64,000 nucleotides of DNA from the NCBI RefSeq assembly GCF_006345805.1, contig NC_042998.1, positions 14,384,001 through 14,448,000 on the forward strand, read 5' to 3'. Shown one piece after another: positions 50,267 through 63,682 of the stretch. The notes below the pieces were generated by a model that worked only from the letters and a program-made list of their open reading frames with translations, searched no databases and was not told the DNA's origin. This DNA is from Octopus sinensis. Lineage: Eukaryota. How positions within the stretch are numbered: the stretch's first letter is position 1; the number at the start of each line of letters is the position of its first letter. A program made the translations under genes and the position numbers.

Positions 50267-52687
50267 TATATTGTGATCAGTGGTAGAATTTTCCAAATCA
50301 AATTCTTTGCGATCTGAATTATTTTATATCATAGTGGAAAATTTAAATGTCTTCTGTCATTTGATAAATTTATAAACTGAGCTAATTTCGAAATACTATC
50401 ACCGTATCAGATTTATCAGATTTATTGTGGGGGAAAATGTATAAAATATCACAACGCTATCCGACGTACAGGATAATTACGCAGCAATTTTATTGGAAGG
50501 CTAACTTAGAAGTTCTTTGGAACTTTCAAAGTTGCCCGAGGTTATGTAAGTCTCTGATGCAGATTTAAAGTCCTTCTTAATCTATATTTTAAATATGCAT
50601 TATTTAATGGTAGATTAAGGCGGTGGGCTGCTAGAATCGTTACCTTGCCGAGCTAAATGCTTTGCGGTATTTCGTCTGCCGCACGTTGTGAGTTCAAATT
50701 CCACCGAGGTCGACTTTGCCTTTCATCCTTTCGGGGTCGATTAAATAAGTACCAGTTACGCACTGGGGTCGATGTAATCGACTTAATCCGTTTGTCTGTC
50801 CTTGTTTGTCCTCTCTGTGTTTAGCCCCTGTGGGTAGTAAAGAAATAGGTATTTTGTCTGCCGTTACATTCTGAGTTCAAATTCCGCCGATCTCGACTTT
50901 GCCTTTCATCCTTTCGGGGTCGATAAATTAAGTACCAGTTGCGTACAGGGGTCGATATAATCGACTTAATCCGTTTGTCTGTCCTTGTTTGTCTCCTCTA
51001 TGTTTAGCCCCTTGTGGGCAATAAAGAAATAGAAATAGGTATTTCGTCCGTCTATTCGTTCTGAGTTCAGATTCTGCCGAGGTCGACTTAAGCTTTTCAT
51101 CTTTTCAGGGTCGATAAAATAATTACCAGTTGAGCACTGGAGTCGATGTAATCAACTTAACCCCCACCGAAATCCCTGGCCTTGTGACATTATTTGAAGC
51201 TAATATTTAAAGATAATTTTTAGAACTTACCAGCTTTATTTGACTAAATACTTGTCACCTTGTAAGCCTGTGATTTAAATAATTTCTGCTAAAAAAGAGG
51301 AGGGGATTTAACCAGAAACTCGATAACAACAGTGAAATATTTCAGCTTTTAATTGCAGTTTATAATTACATGTTCTGTAGTAGTTAAGTGATTTATTTTA
51401 TGTTCATAAATATGTGTGTGTATGTGTTTCTTTGTGTACGTGTTTGCGCATGTGGGTGTCTACACGGATACCCACACAGGCACACATACAAACAAACATT
51501 TATACTTGTTGTATGTACAGGCATACGTGTTTGCGTTGCGTGTTTGTGTGTATGCTGGTGTGTATATACTGTATTTTCCAAATACTCAACCTAACGATGT
51601 CCAAAAAGAGTTAATCTACTTCAAAATTGTGAGGATTCGTAAAGATTAAAGAGAAAATACGAGAGTGGAAGACAAGAGAAGAACGAGAAAGCAGAAAATC
51701 ATAATAGAAAATACCTTCAGGTTGTGTGGTATATCACACAAACCGGGAGAGTATCCATTAAAGCAAAAGCCATATTAATGAACATTTGTTATCAAGTCTG
51801 ATGCTTCAACGCGCATCCATGTGTTTTTTTGTTATGAAAGGACGTTTTGTGCCAAGATTTGATAATTCATTATTGATTTAGAAACGTAACTCTGGCAAGG
51901 TTAGGTCTTATAAAATTGCATACACATGCATAGACACACATATGCGTGATCAAACAAATACACACATATAAACAGACATATGCATACGCGCATTCATACA
52001 TACACACGCACACCACACAGACATACGGATACGCAGATACGACATGTACAAACACAAAAATCGATCTCTCTTTGCCTCGCTGCTCAATAACACTTTGGAC
52101 ACAGATTCAAGATTACCCAGTCACTCACTGGCGAGCCACGTCGTGAGATCTATGAGATAATGAAAGTAAAGAAGTAACAAAAGTTAGTTTTGTTATCATG
52201 ATAGAGGGGGGGGGCGAGATACTCACACAGAGACACACACAGACACTCACTCACATAGATACACACTCATACAGACACACACTCACATAGATACACACAG
52301 ACACACACACACAGATACACACAGACACACACTCACACAGACACACACTCACATAGATACACACAGACACACACTCACATAGACAAACATTCACACAGAC
52401 ACGCAGAGACAGAGACACAGAGAAACAGAGAGACAGAGAAAGAGGAAGAGAGAAGGGAAAAGGGAGAGCAAGAGATAGGGAAAAAGAGAGACGAGATCGA
52501 GCGAGCGAGGCAGAGAGAGAGACAGAGACAGAGACAGAGACAGAGAGAGACAGAGATAGAGACAGAGAGGCTGATAGAGAGAGACGAGAGACCCAGATAG
52601 TGAGAAAGATAGGAGGCATTGGTGGGATGGCGTATGGAAGAACGATAATGAAAATAAATGTAAGAAACAGAGAAAGAAGGAGCGAAG

Positions 52688-52768
<81 letters not shown>

Positions 52769-53296
52769 TGGAAACGAGTAATAAAAACAGCGTGGACATA
52801 CCCTGAACCCTTAATCCACAAGGGAAAGTAAGCAGAAATGTAATCAAAACTAAAGAAACTTTTCTCGTTTCCTTCGTTTTTTCCTTTATCCTTCTTTTTG
52901 ATAGATTATTCTTGCGCCTGAGTATTAAAGTCAGTGCGCGCGTATGTGTGAGAGAGACAGCGAGAGAGAAAAAGTGTGTGTCTGTATACGTGTTGTATGT
53001 ACCTGTACGTTTCTTTGATTTGTTTGTGTGGGTGTATATGTTCATGTAAGGTTTTATATATACTCGTGTATATTTGATTCGTTGGTAGGGTTTGGTTTTG
53101 TTCTTTTCTTTCGTTCAGGTTCGGACACGGCCACCAAAAACAAAATATCAACGCTTTCTGTAGATGACAGAGAATCAGAGAACTTCGTCAATAATTGATA
53201 CAAGTTTTTGGGATGTTAGCTTCGTTACTGGTTTATTCAGCGACATATACATATGTACAAATATCTACACATTCACAGTACATAATTACACACGTG

Positions 53297-53331
<35 letters not shown>

Positions 53332-54041
53332 ATGTATATATATTTGTATATACATGTGAGATGCGTATATATATATTCATACATATATATATATGTATCT
53401 ATATACATACATATATATATATATATAAATGCTCTAATATCTATACAGCCTTGGTTGTTTATCTCATTACGCAAAACATTCGTATATATATATATGCCCA
53501 TATATGCATTTATATATATATATATATATATATATATGACTGTATATATGTATGCATGTATGTATGTATGTATGCATATGTATATGTATGCATATGTAGA
53601 GGATTTGTACCGAACCTTCTCGATGAAAGGTATAAAAATCATATTCTTGGAGAACAAACGCAACTCTATAATTCATATGCTACAAATGATAGCGATATCT
53701 GAAACAATAAATAACTGAGAGTCCTTAATATCTAAGAAGGGAATGTTTACTTTAAAGGATGATGTGAAGTCCAAGAAGGCGTTTGAAAATCATATTTTCA
53801 CTGCCATCTAGCTACCAAGCCAATGGCCCTTCAACAAATGTTAGGAGGAGGAAACAGATATATGAATACATGTATGCTTCCATAATATATACGTGTATAT
53901 TTACATATATATATATGCATACATCTTTAGTGGGGTGCAAATAAAGGATATAGTATCTTTGACTTGAGACTGTTTACCACGTTACACTTTGAAGGTTATG
54001 TTCTCGTATTAATAGAGCAGGAGATAGCAACGAAATATGTA

Positions 54042-55261
54042 ATGAACAGCAAAGAGTGTATGGCCCTTAAACCTCAAAAATGGCAACCAGAAATTTCAAT
54101 TATGTCACATTTCTGTGGGGATATATTTCATGTTATTAACAGATATCAGCCCTAAAATAACATGAAGATACTACCTCTAAATACATCATGATGTTGTTGC
54201 CCAAATAATGTACGATACCGTCCACGGGAAAGAATACATATGGAATATATATAGCCATTATCCCTTTTATTGAAATATGTTCATACAACACAGAGTATAG
54301 TGAGAAACCGTTTGTATTAAAATAGAAATATTACATTTCTAAATATCTCAGAGAGATATAAGCAGTGGTGGTACGATAGAGCAGTGAAACAAGTAAAAGA
54401 GTAAAAGAGTAAAGAGTACATTCTTGATAATATTTAATTATAAAAACGTAGTTGGATTTTTTTTTTATATGCATCGAATGACTACGGAGGTTCAGAAGAG
54501 TAAAATAGGAATCAAAGAAGCCAATAAGCAAGAAATGGTGACATACTAATGAGATGGGGACATGTTTTAAGAATGTTATAGAGATTGCTGAAACAAGATA
54601 GACAAAATCTGGGAACATTTATTGACAGATTATGGTCACGAAATATGGTTTAGTGCGGGTGGAAATCAAATATGAACAGGAAAGAGTGTATGGCCCTTAA
54701 ACCTCAAAAAGGCAACCAGAAATTTCAATTATATCGCATTCTGTGGGGATATATTACACGTTATTACCAGATATCAGCCCTTAAAATAACATGAAGATAC
54801 TACCTCTAAATACATCATGATGTTGTTGCGCAAACAAGGTACAACACCGTCCACGGGAAAGAATACATATGGAATAAATATAGCCATTATCCCCTTTAGT
54901 GGAGGCACATGGCCTAGTGGCTAGAGCAGCGGACTCGCGATCGAGGGATCACGGATTCGAGTCTCAGATCGAGTGATATGTGTGTTTATGGGCGAAACAC
55001 CTAAGCTCCACTCAGCTCTGGCGGAAGGAAATGGTTAACTTCAGCTGACTCGTTCGCCACAACTTTCTCTCACTCCTTCCTCCTGCATCTTACAGCTCAC
55101 CTGCGACGGACCGGCGTCTCGTTCAGGTGGGGAACCTATACGCCAAGGAAACCGGGAAACCGGCCCTTATGAGCTAGGTATGGCTCGAGGGGGAACATTA
55201 TCCTCTTTATTGAAATACGTTCATGCAACACAGAATATAGTGAGAAAACGTTCGTATTAAA
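54042..55261. repeat. About 280-bp direct duplication; the second copy is interrupted by a SINE
   Basis: 54042-54321 versus 54672-55261; the SINE occupies 54899-55195. Confidence 0.9.
54899..55195 (+). mobile_element. SINE family B, V-like tail variant, with a 14-bp TSD
   Basis: cattatccccttta (54885-54898) and cattatcctcttta (55196-55209) flank the element. Confidence 0.92.
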
Positions 55262-55318
55262 TCATTCTCTAAATGGAGATGTCTCTTGCATTTGTTCGCT
55301 GAACATCTAGCATCAAAG

Positions 55319-55511
55319 TCAAAAGAAAAGTGAACAAACTGAAGTTAAAATTGCAACATATAGTAAATGAGAAGAGGCACTTCTTTTCTTTACTTCACCG
55401 TAGATGAAGATTTTATGGTTTGCAATTACATCTGTAGACGTTTCTCCAAATGGTACTACAAGAATATCAGCCATAAAATGGGTATTTTTTATAGTCAGTT
55501 TCACCAGAAGC
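55319..55511 (-). CDS. Candidate terminal exon encoding a C-terminal hydrophobic (GPI-signal-like) tail
   Basis: Acceptor tacatttcag|G; frame LLVKLTIKNTHFMADILVVPFGETSTDVIANHKIFIYGEVKKRSASSHLLYVAILTSVCSLFF*; AATAAA on the minus strand at 55206-55211. Confidence 0.4.
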
Positions 55512-56006
55512 CTGAAATGTATTTCATTGCACAATGAAAACTTCTATGCATCTTTATCAATTAATCTTTCAATTAAACTTGAAGAAGAATATAAACATGT
55601 TAGCATTAATTCTCATACAGAAATAGTTCTATAATAAACACATGTAGCTTATTTGCTCTGATCAGAAGATGGTGAATTTCTTGCGTGCACAGCAAAGTAG
55701 GTACATTAAATACACGTGTTCAATACGCTTCGGGGACAGTAAAGCAAAGCAAGACCATTGGAAGATATAGCATAACTTTCAAGGGAGACAAAAGCTGTAC
55801 GTACGGTGAATATCATTAACGGTCTGTTGTTTCAGAGGGAAAATATGACCAGCTGGCAGAGGTTGTTATAGCAACGCGTCGGACAAAATGCTTAGTCGCA
55901 TTTTCTCGTCTGTAAGTTCCGAGTTCTAATCCCGCAACGGTCGATTTTGCCTTTCAGTATTTCGGAGTCGATGAAATAAGTATCATTTGAGTACTAGTGT
56001 AGATAT

Positions 56007-56391
56007 GTGGAGGCGCAATGGCCCAGTGGTTAGGGCAGTGGACTCGCGGTCGTAGGATCGCGGTTTCGATTCCCAGACCGGGCGTTGTGAGTGTTTATTG
56101 AGCGAAAACACCTAAAGCTCCACGAGGCTCCGACAGGGGATGGTGGTGATCCCTGTTGTACTCTTTCACCACAACTTTCTCTCACTCATACTTCCTGTTT
56201 CTGTTGTACCTGTATTTCAAAGGACCGGCCTTGTCACTCTCTGTGTCACACTGAATATCCTCGAGAACTACGTTAAGGGTACACGTGTCTGTGGAGTGCT
56301 CAGCCACTTACACGTTAATTTCACGAGCAGGCTGTTCCGTTGATTCGGATCAACCAGAACCCTCATCGTCGTAACTGATGGAGTGCTTCCA
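56007..56391 (+). mobile_element. SINE family B, full-length long-tail variant with a 9-bp TSD
   Basis: tgtagatat at 55998-56006 and 56397-56405. Confidence 0.92.
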
Positions 56392-57573
56392 TATAATGTA
56401 GATATAATCTCACAAAATTTCTCTCACACAATTTCAGAGGTTGAGTCTATAGTAGGATAATTTTAAAAGGAAAATAATTTTTTCACTCCCCTCTTTATGA
56501 ATCTTGGACTGATGAAGCAATTTGTTTTTAACAAAAGGTACAAGATCACTTCGAGTACCTTTTTTTTTACGGCACCTTATATTCGTAAACACATCAAAGA
56601 TTTCTTTTATCAAAATACATGAAAGAATTTTAAATTCCTACTAAGTGTAGTTATTCTTTTCTAATCTAGAAGGTCCGAATTTTCGGGGAGGGGCCATTCA
56701 ATTAGATGGACCCCAGTGCGCAACTGGTACTTAATTTATCGACCTTGAAAGGATGAAAAGCAAGGTCGACCTCATCGGAATTTGAACTCAGAACATAAAG
56801 ACAGACGAAATACCGCTAAGTATTTTCACTCGGCGTGCTAACGTTTCTGCCAGCTCGCCGCCTTGCTAAGTGTAGTTATTAATAACTTCTTCGGTAATAA
56901 GAAAACAGTTACTCTCTCTTTTACTCTTTTATTTGTTTCAGTCATTTGACTGTGGCCATGCTGGAGCACCGCCTTTAGTCGAGCAACTCTGTAAGCTCAG
57001 TACCTATTCTATCGGTCTCTTTTGCCGAACCGCTAAGTGACGGGGACGTAAACACACCAGCATCGGTTGTCAAGCAATGCTAGGGGGACAAACACAGACA
57101 CACAAACATACACACACACACTTATATATATATACATATATACGACGGGCTTCTTTCAGTTTCCGTCTACCAAATCCACTCACAAGGCATTGGTCGGCCC
57201 GGGGCTATAGCAGAAGACACTTGCCCAAGATGGCACGCAGTGGGACTGAACCCGGAACCATGTGGTTGGTTAGCAAGCTACTTACCACACAGCCACTCCT
57301 GCGCCTATGAACAATTGGTGAAAAGATACTCAATGACTTTGGAAATGTAAGTGCCAATATGAAATGGATGATAGTTTTTCACTAATATACATCAAGATGG
57401 CCACACTAACCTGAGCATACTCAATAATGAACTACTTCCTTCAAATCCAAAGAACATTTTATTCTCTTCTTTGTGAAAAGGCTATCGTATCGATATTTAT
57501 ACAACTATTTCTATATTTCAATTTTATACACGGCTAGTGAAACAGAAAGGTGATACAAAATGAAAATACGAAT

Positions 57574-57804
57574 ATGAACCTAAAAGTACATTTCTTCCGT
57601 AACTGATTGGACAGATTTCCAGATAAATTTGGAAACATCAATGAGAAACATGTTGAGAGATCCTTGCAGGATATAAGTGAAAGATATCAGGAGAGTTGAG
57701 ACAAAGCCTTGATGACCAAATGCTGCTGGAACATTGAACCTAAATGTCCTAATAAACCACACAAAAGAAAATTTTGGAAGCAACGTTTTCTTATGAAGGA
57801 GTGA
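57574..57804 (+). pseudogene. Transposase C-terminal remnant, CMC/Chapaev3-like
   Basis: MNLKVHFFRN*LDRFPDKFGNINEKHVERSLQDISERYQES*DKALMTKCCWNI resembles the MSLKVHFLHSHLDxFPENLGxVSxEQGERFHQDI...RYQGRW...MADYCW motif; two in-frame stops. Confidence 0.65.
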
Positions 57805-58060
57805 TTGATATTTTTTTTATATAATTAATTAACTAATGTTGTATTGTCTTGTATATTATGACTGTATAAGATATCATGCGACTCTCAGTGTCACCATTTG
57901 TTTTTATGATATCTCTGAGTGATATATATATATATTATAACAAACCAGAAACAGATGAACCGTTTATAATTGATATATCACTCAAAGGTATTACATAAAC
58001 AAATGAGAAATCTTGAAGTAGAAAATTCTGGACATTCTCTTTTTCACTAACCTCTCTCTT

Positions 58061-58096
<36 letters not shown>

Positions 58097-58116
<20 letters not shown>

Positions 58117-58769
58117 ATATATGTATGTATGTATGTATATCATTTTATCTCCCCCTCTCTCTCTATATATATATGTGTACGTGTGTGTACGTGTGTGTGT
58201 GTGTGTGTGTACGTGTATGTCGGTGTACATATACCGGCACACATATATGTATTTGTATATGGATATAAATATCCTGCGTACTCATACATACATACTCATA
58301 CACACTCTTTCTTTCTTGCACACATTTATAAATACACACTCACATACATATATACACACATACATACATACATACATACATACATACAAACATACATACA
58401 TACATACATACATACATGCATACATACACACGTGTATACGTATAAGAATCCAACGAAGCATCGCGGTGATCAGCGTGACCTGGGCTAAAAGACAGAAACC
58501 AACGACAAAATAAAATCATATATGTGCGATGAAAATGTGTGCGCGAATATGTACGTATGGCCTATCGTGCATATGTGTGTATGAGTGTGCGTGTGCATGT
58601 GTACGTGTGTGTGTGTGCGTGTCTGTGTGCGAGCATTGTTTGTCTGTGTGTGTCTGTGCTAGTCTCCGCGTATACTCAGAAAATTAGTAATCTCATTAAT
58701 TCCCACTCGGGTGAAATGAAGATTCAGACATCAATGTCAGAATATTTCCCTTGATTTCGTCATAGATAC

Positions 58770-58833
<64 letters not shown>

Positions 58834-59530
58834 TTATATATATGTGTGTGTGTGGTGTGGTGTGTGTGTATATGTATGTATGTATGTATCATTTTATCTC
58901 CCCCTCTCTCTTCTATATATATGTGTGTGTGTGTGTGTACGTGTGTGTGGTGTGTGTGTGTACGTGATGTCGGTGTACATATACCGACACACATATTATT
59001 GTATTAGTGTATATGGATATATAATTATCCTGCGTACTCATACATACATACTCATACACACTCTTTCTTTCTTGCACACATTTATAAATACACACTCACA
59101 TACATATATACACACATACATACATACATACATACATACATACAAACATACATACATACATACATACATACATGCATACATACACACGTGTATACGTATA
59201 AGAATCCAACGAAGCATCGCGGTGATCAGCGTTGACCTGGGCTAAAAGACAGAAACCAACGACAAATATAAAATCATATATGTGCGATGAAAATGTGTGC
59301 GCGAATATGTACGTATGGCCTATCAGTGCATATGTGTGTATGAGTGTGCGTGTGCATGTGTACGTGTGTGTGTGTGCGTGTCTGTGTGCGAGCGTGTGTC
59401 TGTGTGTGTGTCTGTGCTAGTCTACGCGTATACTCAGACAAATTAGTAATCTCATTAATTCCCACTCGGGTGAAATGAAGATTCAGACATCAAATGTCAG
59501 AATATTTCCCTTGATTTCGTCATAGATACG
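58097..59530. repeat. Tandem duplication of about 680 bp, probably an assembly artefact
   Basis: 58097-58770 versus 58844-59530 differ almost only by 1-nt indels. Confidence 0.85.
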
Positions 59531-59571
59531 TATATATATTATATATATATTATATATATATTCATATATTA

Positions 59572-59620
<49 letters not shown>

Positions 59621-60775
59621 TAATGTTATACACATATAATATATGTATGTATATACACATATAATATATGTATGGATATACACATATAATATATGTATGT
59701 ATATACACATATAATATATGTGTGTGTGTATATATATATATATATGTTTACGCTCTCATAATTTTTTTTTAGTAATCGGCTGTAAACATCATTTGTTGAT
59801 TAGATTTATTAATTTCATGGGTGAAAAATTAGGATTCTGGTACACGACTTATGTCTGGGTCTCTCTTCATTTCTCGACATTTGTTTTATTTTATTTTATT
59901 TTTCTTTCTTTGTCAGATAATCCAATGACTCATTATAAAGGGATCATAAAAATCGGCTGATGTCCCATCAGAATATTACTGTTGTTATATCTATGGATAA
60001 TAATCCTTTCTGTTATAGGCACAATGCCTGACATTTTAGGGGAGGGGTAAGTAGATTACATCAACCCCAGTAGTCAAATGGTACTTAACTTATCGACCTC
60101 ACCGAAAGGATGAAAGGCAAAATTGACCTCGGCGGAATTTGAACACAGTACTTAGCGGCCGACGAAATACTGCTAAGCATTTCGCCCGGCATGCAACCGG
60201 TTCTGCCAGCACGGCGCCTGATATATCTCTGCATAATAATGAATATATGATGAGTCATTAAAAGTCGAAACTACGAGCACAAGTCTCTGTGTGCTTATTA
60301 ATATATGCACATGCGTATATTACCTTACTTGATTTGGTGACCTTTAGTTTTAATATTTGCATTATGTATTTGAATTATAGAAGCTTTGTTTTCTATGTAT
60401 GCATATATGTATGTATGTATATCCTTATTCAGTTTTATTTCGCGATTTCTGGCCAATAGAGAAAGAGACGGTTTCTAACCTACTTAATCCAAGGTTTCTT
60501 CATTGGAATGTCAACCACATCAACAGGGTATTTTTGCATGTATGTATGTGTGTATGTATGTAAGTATGTATGAATGTATGTATGTATGTATGTATGTATG
60601 TATGTATGTATGTATGTATGTATGTATGTGTGTATGTATGTATGTATGTATACGTACAGATTTGTCTGTTTCGTTTTATATATGCATATACTTCCATATC
60701 TTGTCATGCTCATATATACTGAAATGATAAACTTCTAGAAAGTTTTACAGTTTTTTACTGCTCCCTGTCTCTGTC

Positions 60776-60816
<41 letters not shown>

Positions 60817-60932
60817 ATTAGCTTTCTCGTTTCTGGTTTTAAGAAGCTTAATTCCTCAAGATTTCTCAAGATTGGTATTTGGGCAGTCAATTGCATATCC
60901 CAGTGACACGATGTATGAATGTATGTATGTAA

Positions 60933-60976
<44 letters not shown>

Positions 60977-61309
60977 GTATCTATATATTTATCTTTCTCT
61001 TTATCTGTCTACATGTCCATTTATCTATCTATCAATCTATCTATCTCTCCCTCACTATCTATCTATGTGTTTATGTATCATTGTTATCGTTAAAGCGGAG
61101 AGGTGGCAAACTCGTTACGACGCCGTAAAAATGCAAATGCTTTGCGGCGTTTCCCCCGTCTATATGTTCGGAGTTCAAATGTCGCCCAGGTTGACTTTAC
61201 CTTTCATCATTTCAGGGTCCATAAAATAAGCACCAGTTGAACACTTTGGTTGATGTAATCATCTACCCCCTCTATCAAATTTAAGGCGTTGTGCCTAAGG
61301 TAGAAAAGA

Positions 61310-61358
<49 letters not shown>

Positions 61359-61419
61359 CATTATTATTATTATTATTTTTTATTTTTTATTATTATGATT
61401 TTTTATTATTATTATTATT

Positions 61420-61965
61420 GAGTGAGAGAGCAGTTCATGCCATCAAAGTGACACTGGGGTAAAATATACGAAGCCCAATATACCCATCATGACTACCCGT
61501 CTGATAAAGGTACACCAGGCACATGCATCACACCATATGGGCGCGACATGGTGATCTCATATCAATAAACAGCACATGACCTTGCAGGTGGGGCCCAGTT
61601 AGAATTTTCTTCAGGTTGAGTAGCCCATCCCGCTCAAACGGTCCCTGAATAAGGGTTGTTTAAGGATGTTGAAAGAACCACCCATGTTTCCAGAGGTGAA
61701 CTATTCAAACCCCAAAGAATCCCTCTCAACACATGGCTATGATGCTCCCCCACTACTTCTGCTCATGATCAGAGATGCACATATCGTCAGCCACTAAGGG
61801 ATATGCTCAACTGGTTAAGGTCAAACAACTGACAAGCAAATCTGTGGTATTGAGCAGAATATTTGCTGTAGCCCATTTTTTATACCAAGACAAAACAATG
61901 TACATGATAACACTTCCAATCAGTTAAGATCAGAAGCCATGAGAGCCACTGCCTGGTACTGCATC
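61420..61965 (-). mobile_element. About 550-bp (TAA)n-embedded element, copy 2
   Basis: Co-linear with 1124-1677 and flanked by (ATT)n on both sides. Confidence 0.85.
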
Positions 61966-62065
61966 TATTATTATTATTATTATTATTATTATATTATTCT
62001 ATGTTTGACTTTTGGTTTGCATTCGTAGCCCACGCTCTTAACCACTGCGCCATATGCCCACGGAC

Positions 62066-62131
<66 letters not shown>

Positions 62132-62185
62132 TAACATCGAAAAATACCTTGCGAATGAGAACCTAGGTTCGAAATTTCACCCAAG

Positions 62186-62230
62186 ACACCTGATGAAGGC
62201 TAGAGGGTATATCCGCCGAAACATTTGACA
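62186..62230 (+). ncRNA. Degenerate minimal hammerhead ribozyme motif
   Basis: acac CTGATGA A GGCta gagggtatat ccGCC GAAAC att tgac. The core is intact, but stems I and III are partly mutated. Confidence 0.6.
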
Positions 62231-62262
62231 AATATTCGTCAAATGGAAGTAATGTATTATTA

Positions 62263-62316
<54 letters not shown>

Positions 62317-63378
62317 GATCAATAAAATAAGACGTTTTTAGTAGACAAATGTTAGGTTTGCTGTAATAACATATGATAATGTGCGCATACTGAAAATATT
62401 AGCAGCTATAACATTTGTTACCAACGAATCCTAAATTAATGGCTGTAGAACATATGATAAATATATATATCAGAGAGACATATCATATGATTACAGGTTT
62501 TCGAAAGTTGAACAACACTTCTGAATTGATAGATTCTTTCAAGTATCTACAACTAAATTTATTCATAAATCTATAATAATAAAGGCGAAATTCTATTTGT
62601 CCGTCTGCGACCTCTGTAACTCGGCCTAAATTTGCGCTACATAGACATTATACCATTTTTGAATCTGGACGATCTCGGGACTTGAACATCCAGTATCATT
62701 GGTTCTTGAACATCCAGCATTATTTGCTTCTTGAATATCCAGCATTGTGATCTGATTTAAAAGCATTTAGGTTGCTACTTCTAGCAAGGGGAAGCTTGGC
62801 TGTTTCACACCATCTTGCTGACGCTTGTCAGATGACGTCAGAGATCAAGAAGGTTTGTTAATTTTACGTCGAGATAAGAACTTTGGAACAAATTGACCAA
62901 GAGTTGGAATTCAACTTGGGACTGGTGCAATAGGAGGAATTACAACCATGTTTCGTGGTCTGCTACCACAACAGCTCCTTTATAGGATCCAGTTAGCTCA
63001 ATACATCATCAGGAGGAACCACGTCCGGTTTCGGCCCCTACTCCTCTACCGTTTTGACACGGCAGGGCCCCCCTACTTTTGAAGGTGTCTTCAGCTCTGG
63101 TGTTGGGTGCATGTCTTCTTTCTTCTTCTTTCTTCTGTTCCCTGGCCTCTTCGATGTATCGTCAGCTAGTGTCAGCCGGTGACTGACTGTCTTGTCAAAT
63201 TTTTCTCTTTAAATACCTGCCGCATAGGCTCCAGCAGGCAGCCCCAGCAATTATAGAATGAATCCATCCTTGACCTCTGATCAAACACTACCGGGGTATA
63301 TAGTCATTATAGACGTATTATGGTCATGCTATTTAGCTCCCTTTAGTGAGGAGCTAGGTTAAAATTCCGCACGGAGTA

Positions 63379-63478
63379 NNNNNNNNNNNNNNNNNNNNNN
63401 NNNNNNNNNNNNNNNNNNNNNNNNNNNNNNNNNNNNNNNNNNNNNNNNNNNNNNNNNNNNNNNNNNNNNNNNNNNNNN
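63379..63478. other. Assembly gap (100 N)
   Basis: A run of exactly 100 N, typical of a scaffolding join of unknown size. Confidence 0.99.
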
Positions 63479-63642
63479 TTATTATTATATTATTATATTA
63501 TTATTATTATTATTATTATTATTTTATTATCATCATTATTGTTGGTGTTGTTGTTAGTATTGAGTGAATGTCTATGTTCGCATGTGTGTGCACGTACGTT
63601 AGTTCATAAGGTAATATATATATACATACACATATTATATAA

Positions 63643-63682
<40 letters not shown>

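Noticed and set aside
62570-62750. Helitron-like 5' start (A|TCTATAATAATAAAGG) and a 24-25-bp triple repeat (cttgaacatccagcatt)
   Set aside because: No matching 3' hairpin/CTRR found before the gap, so the evidence is insufficient to call an element.
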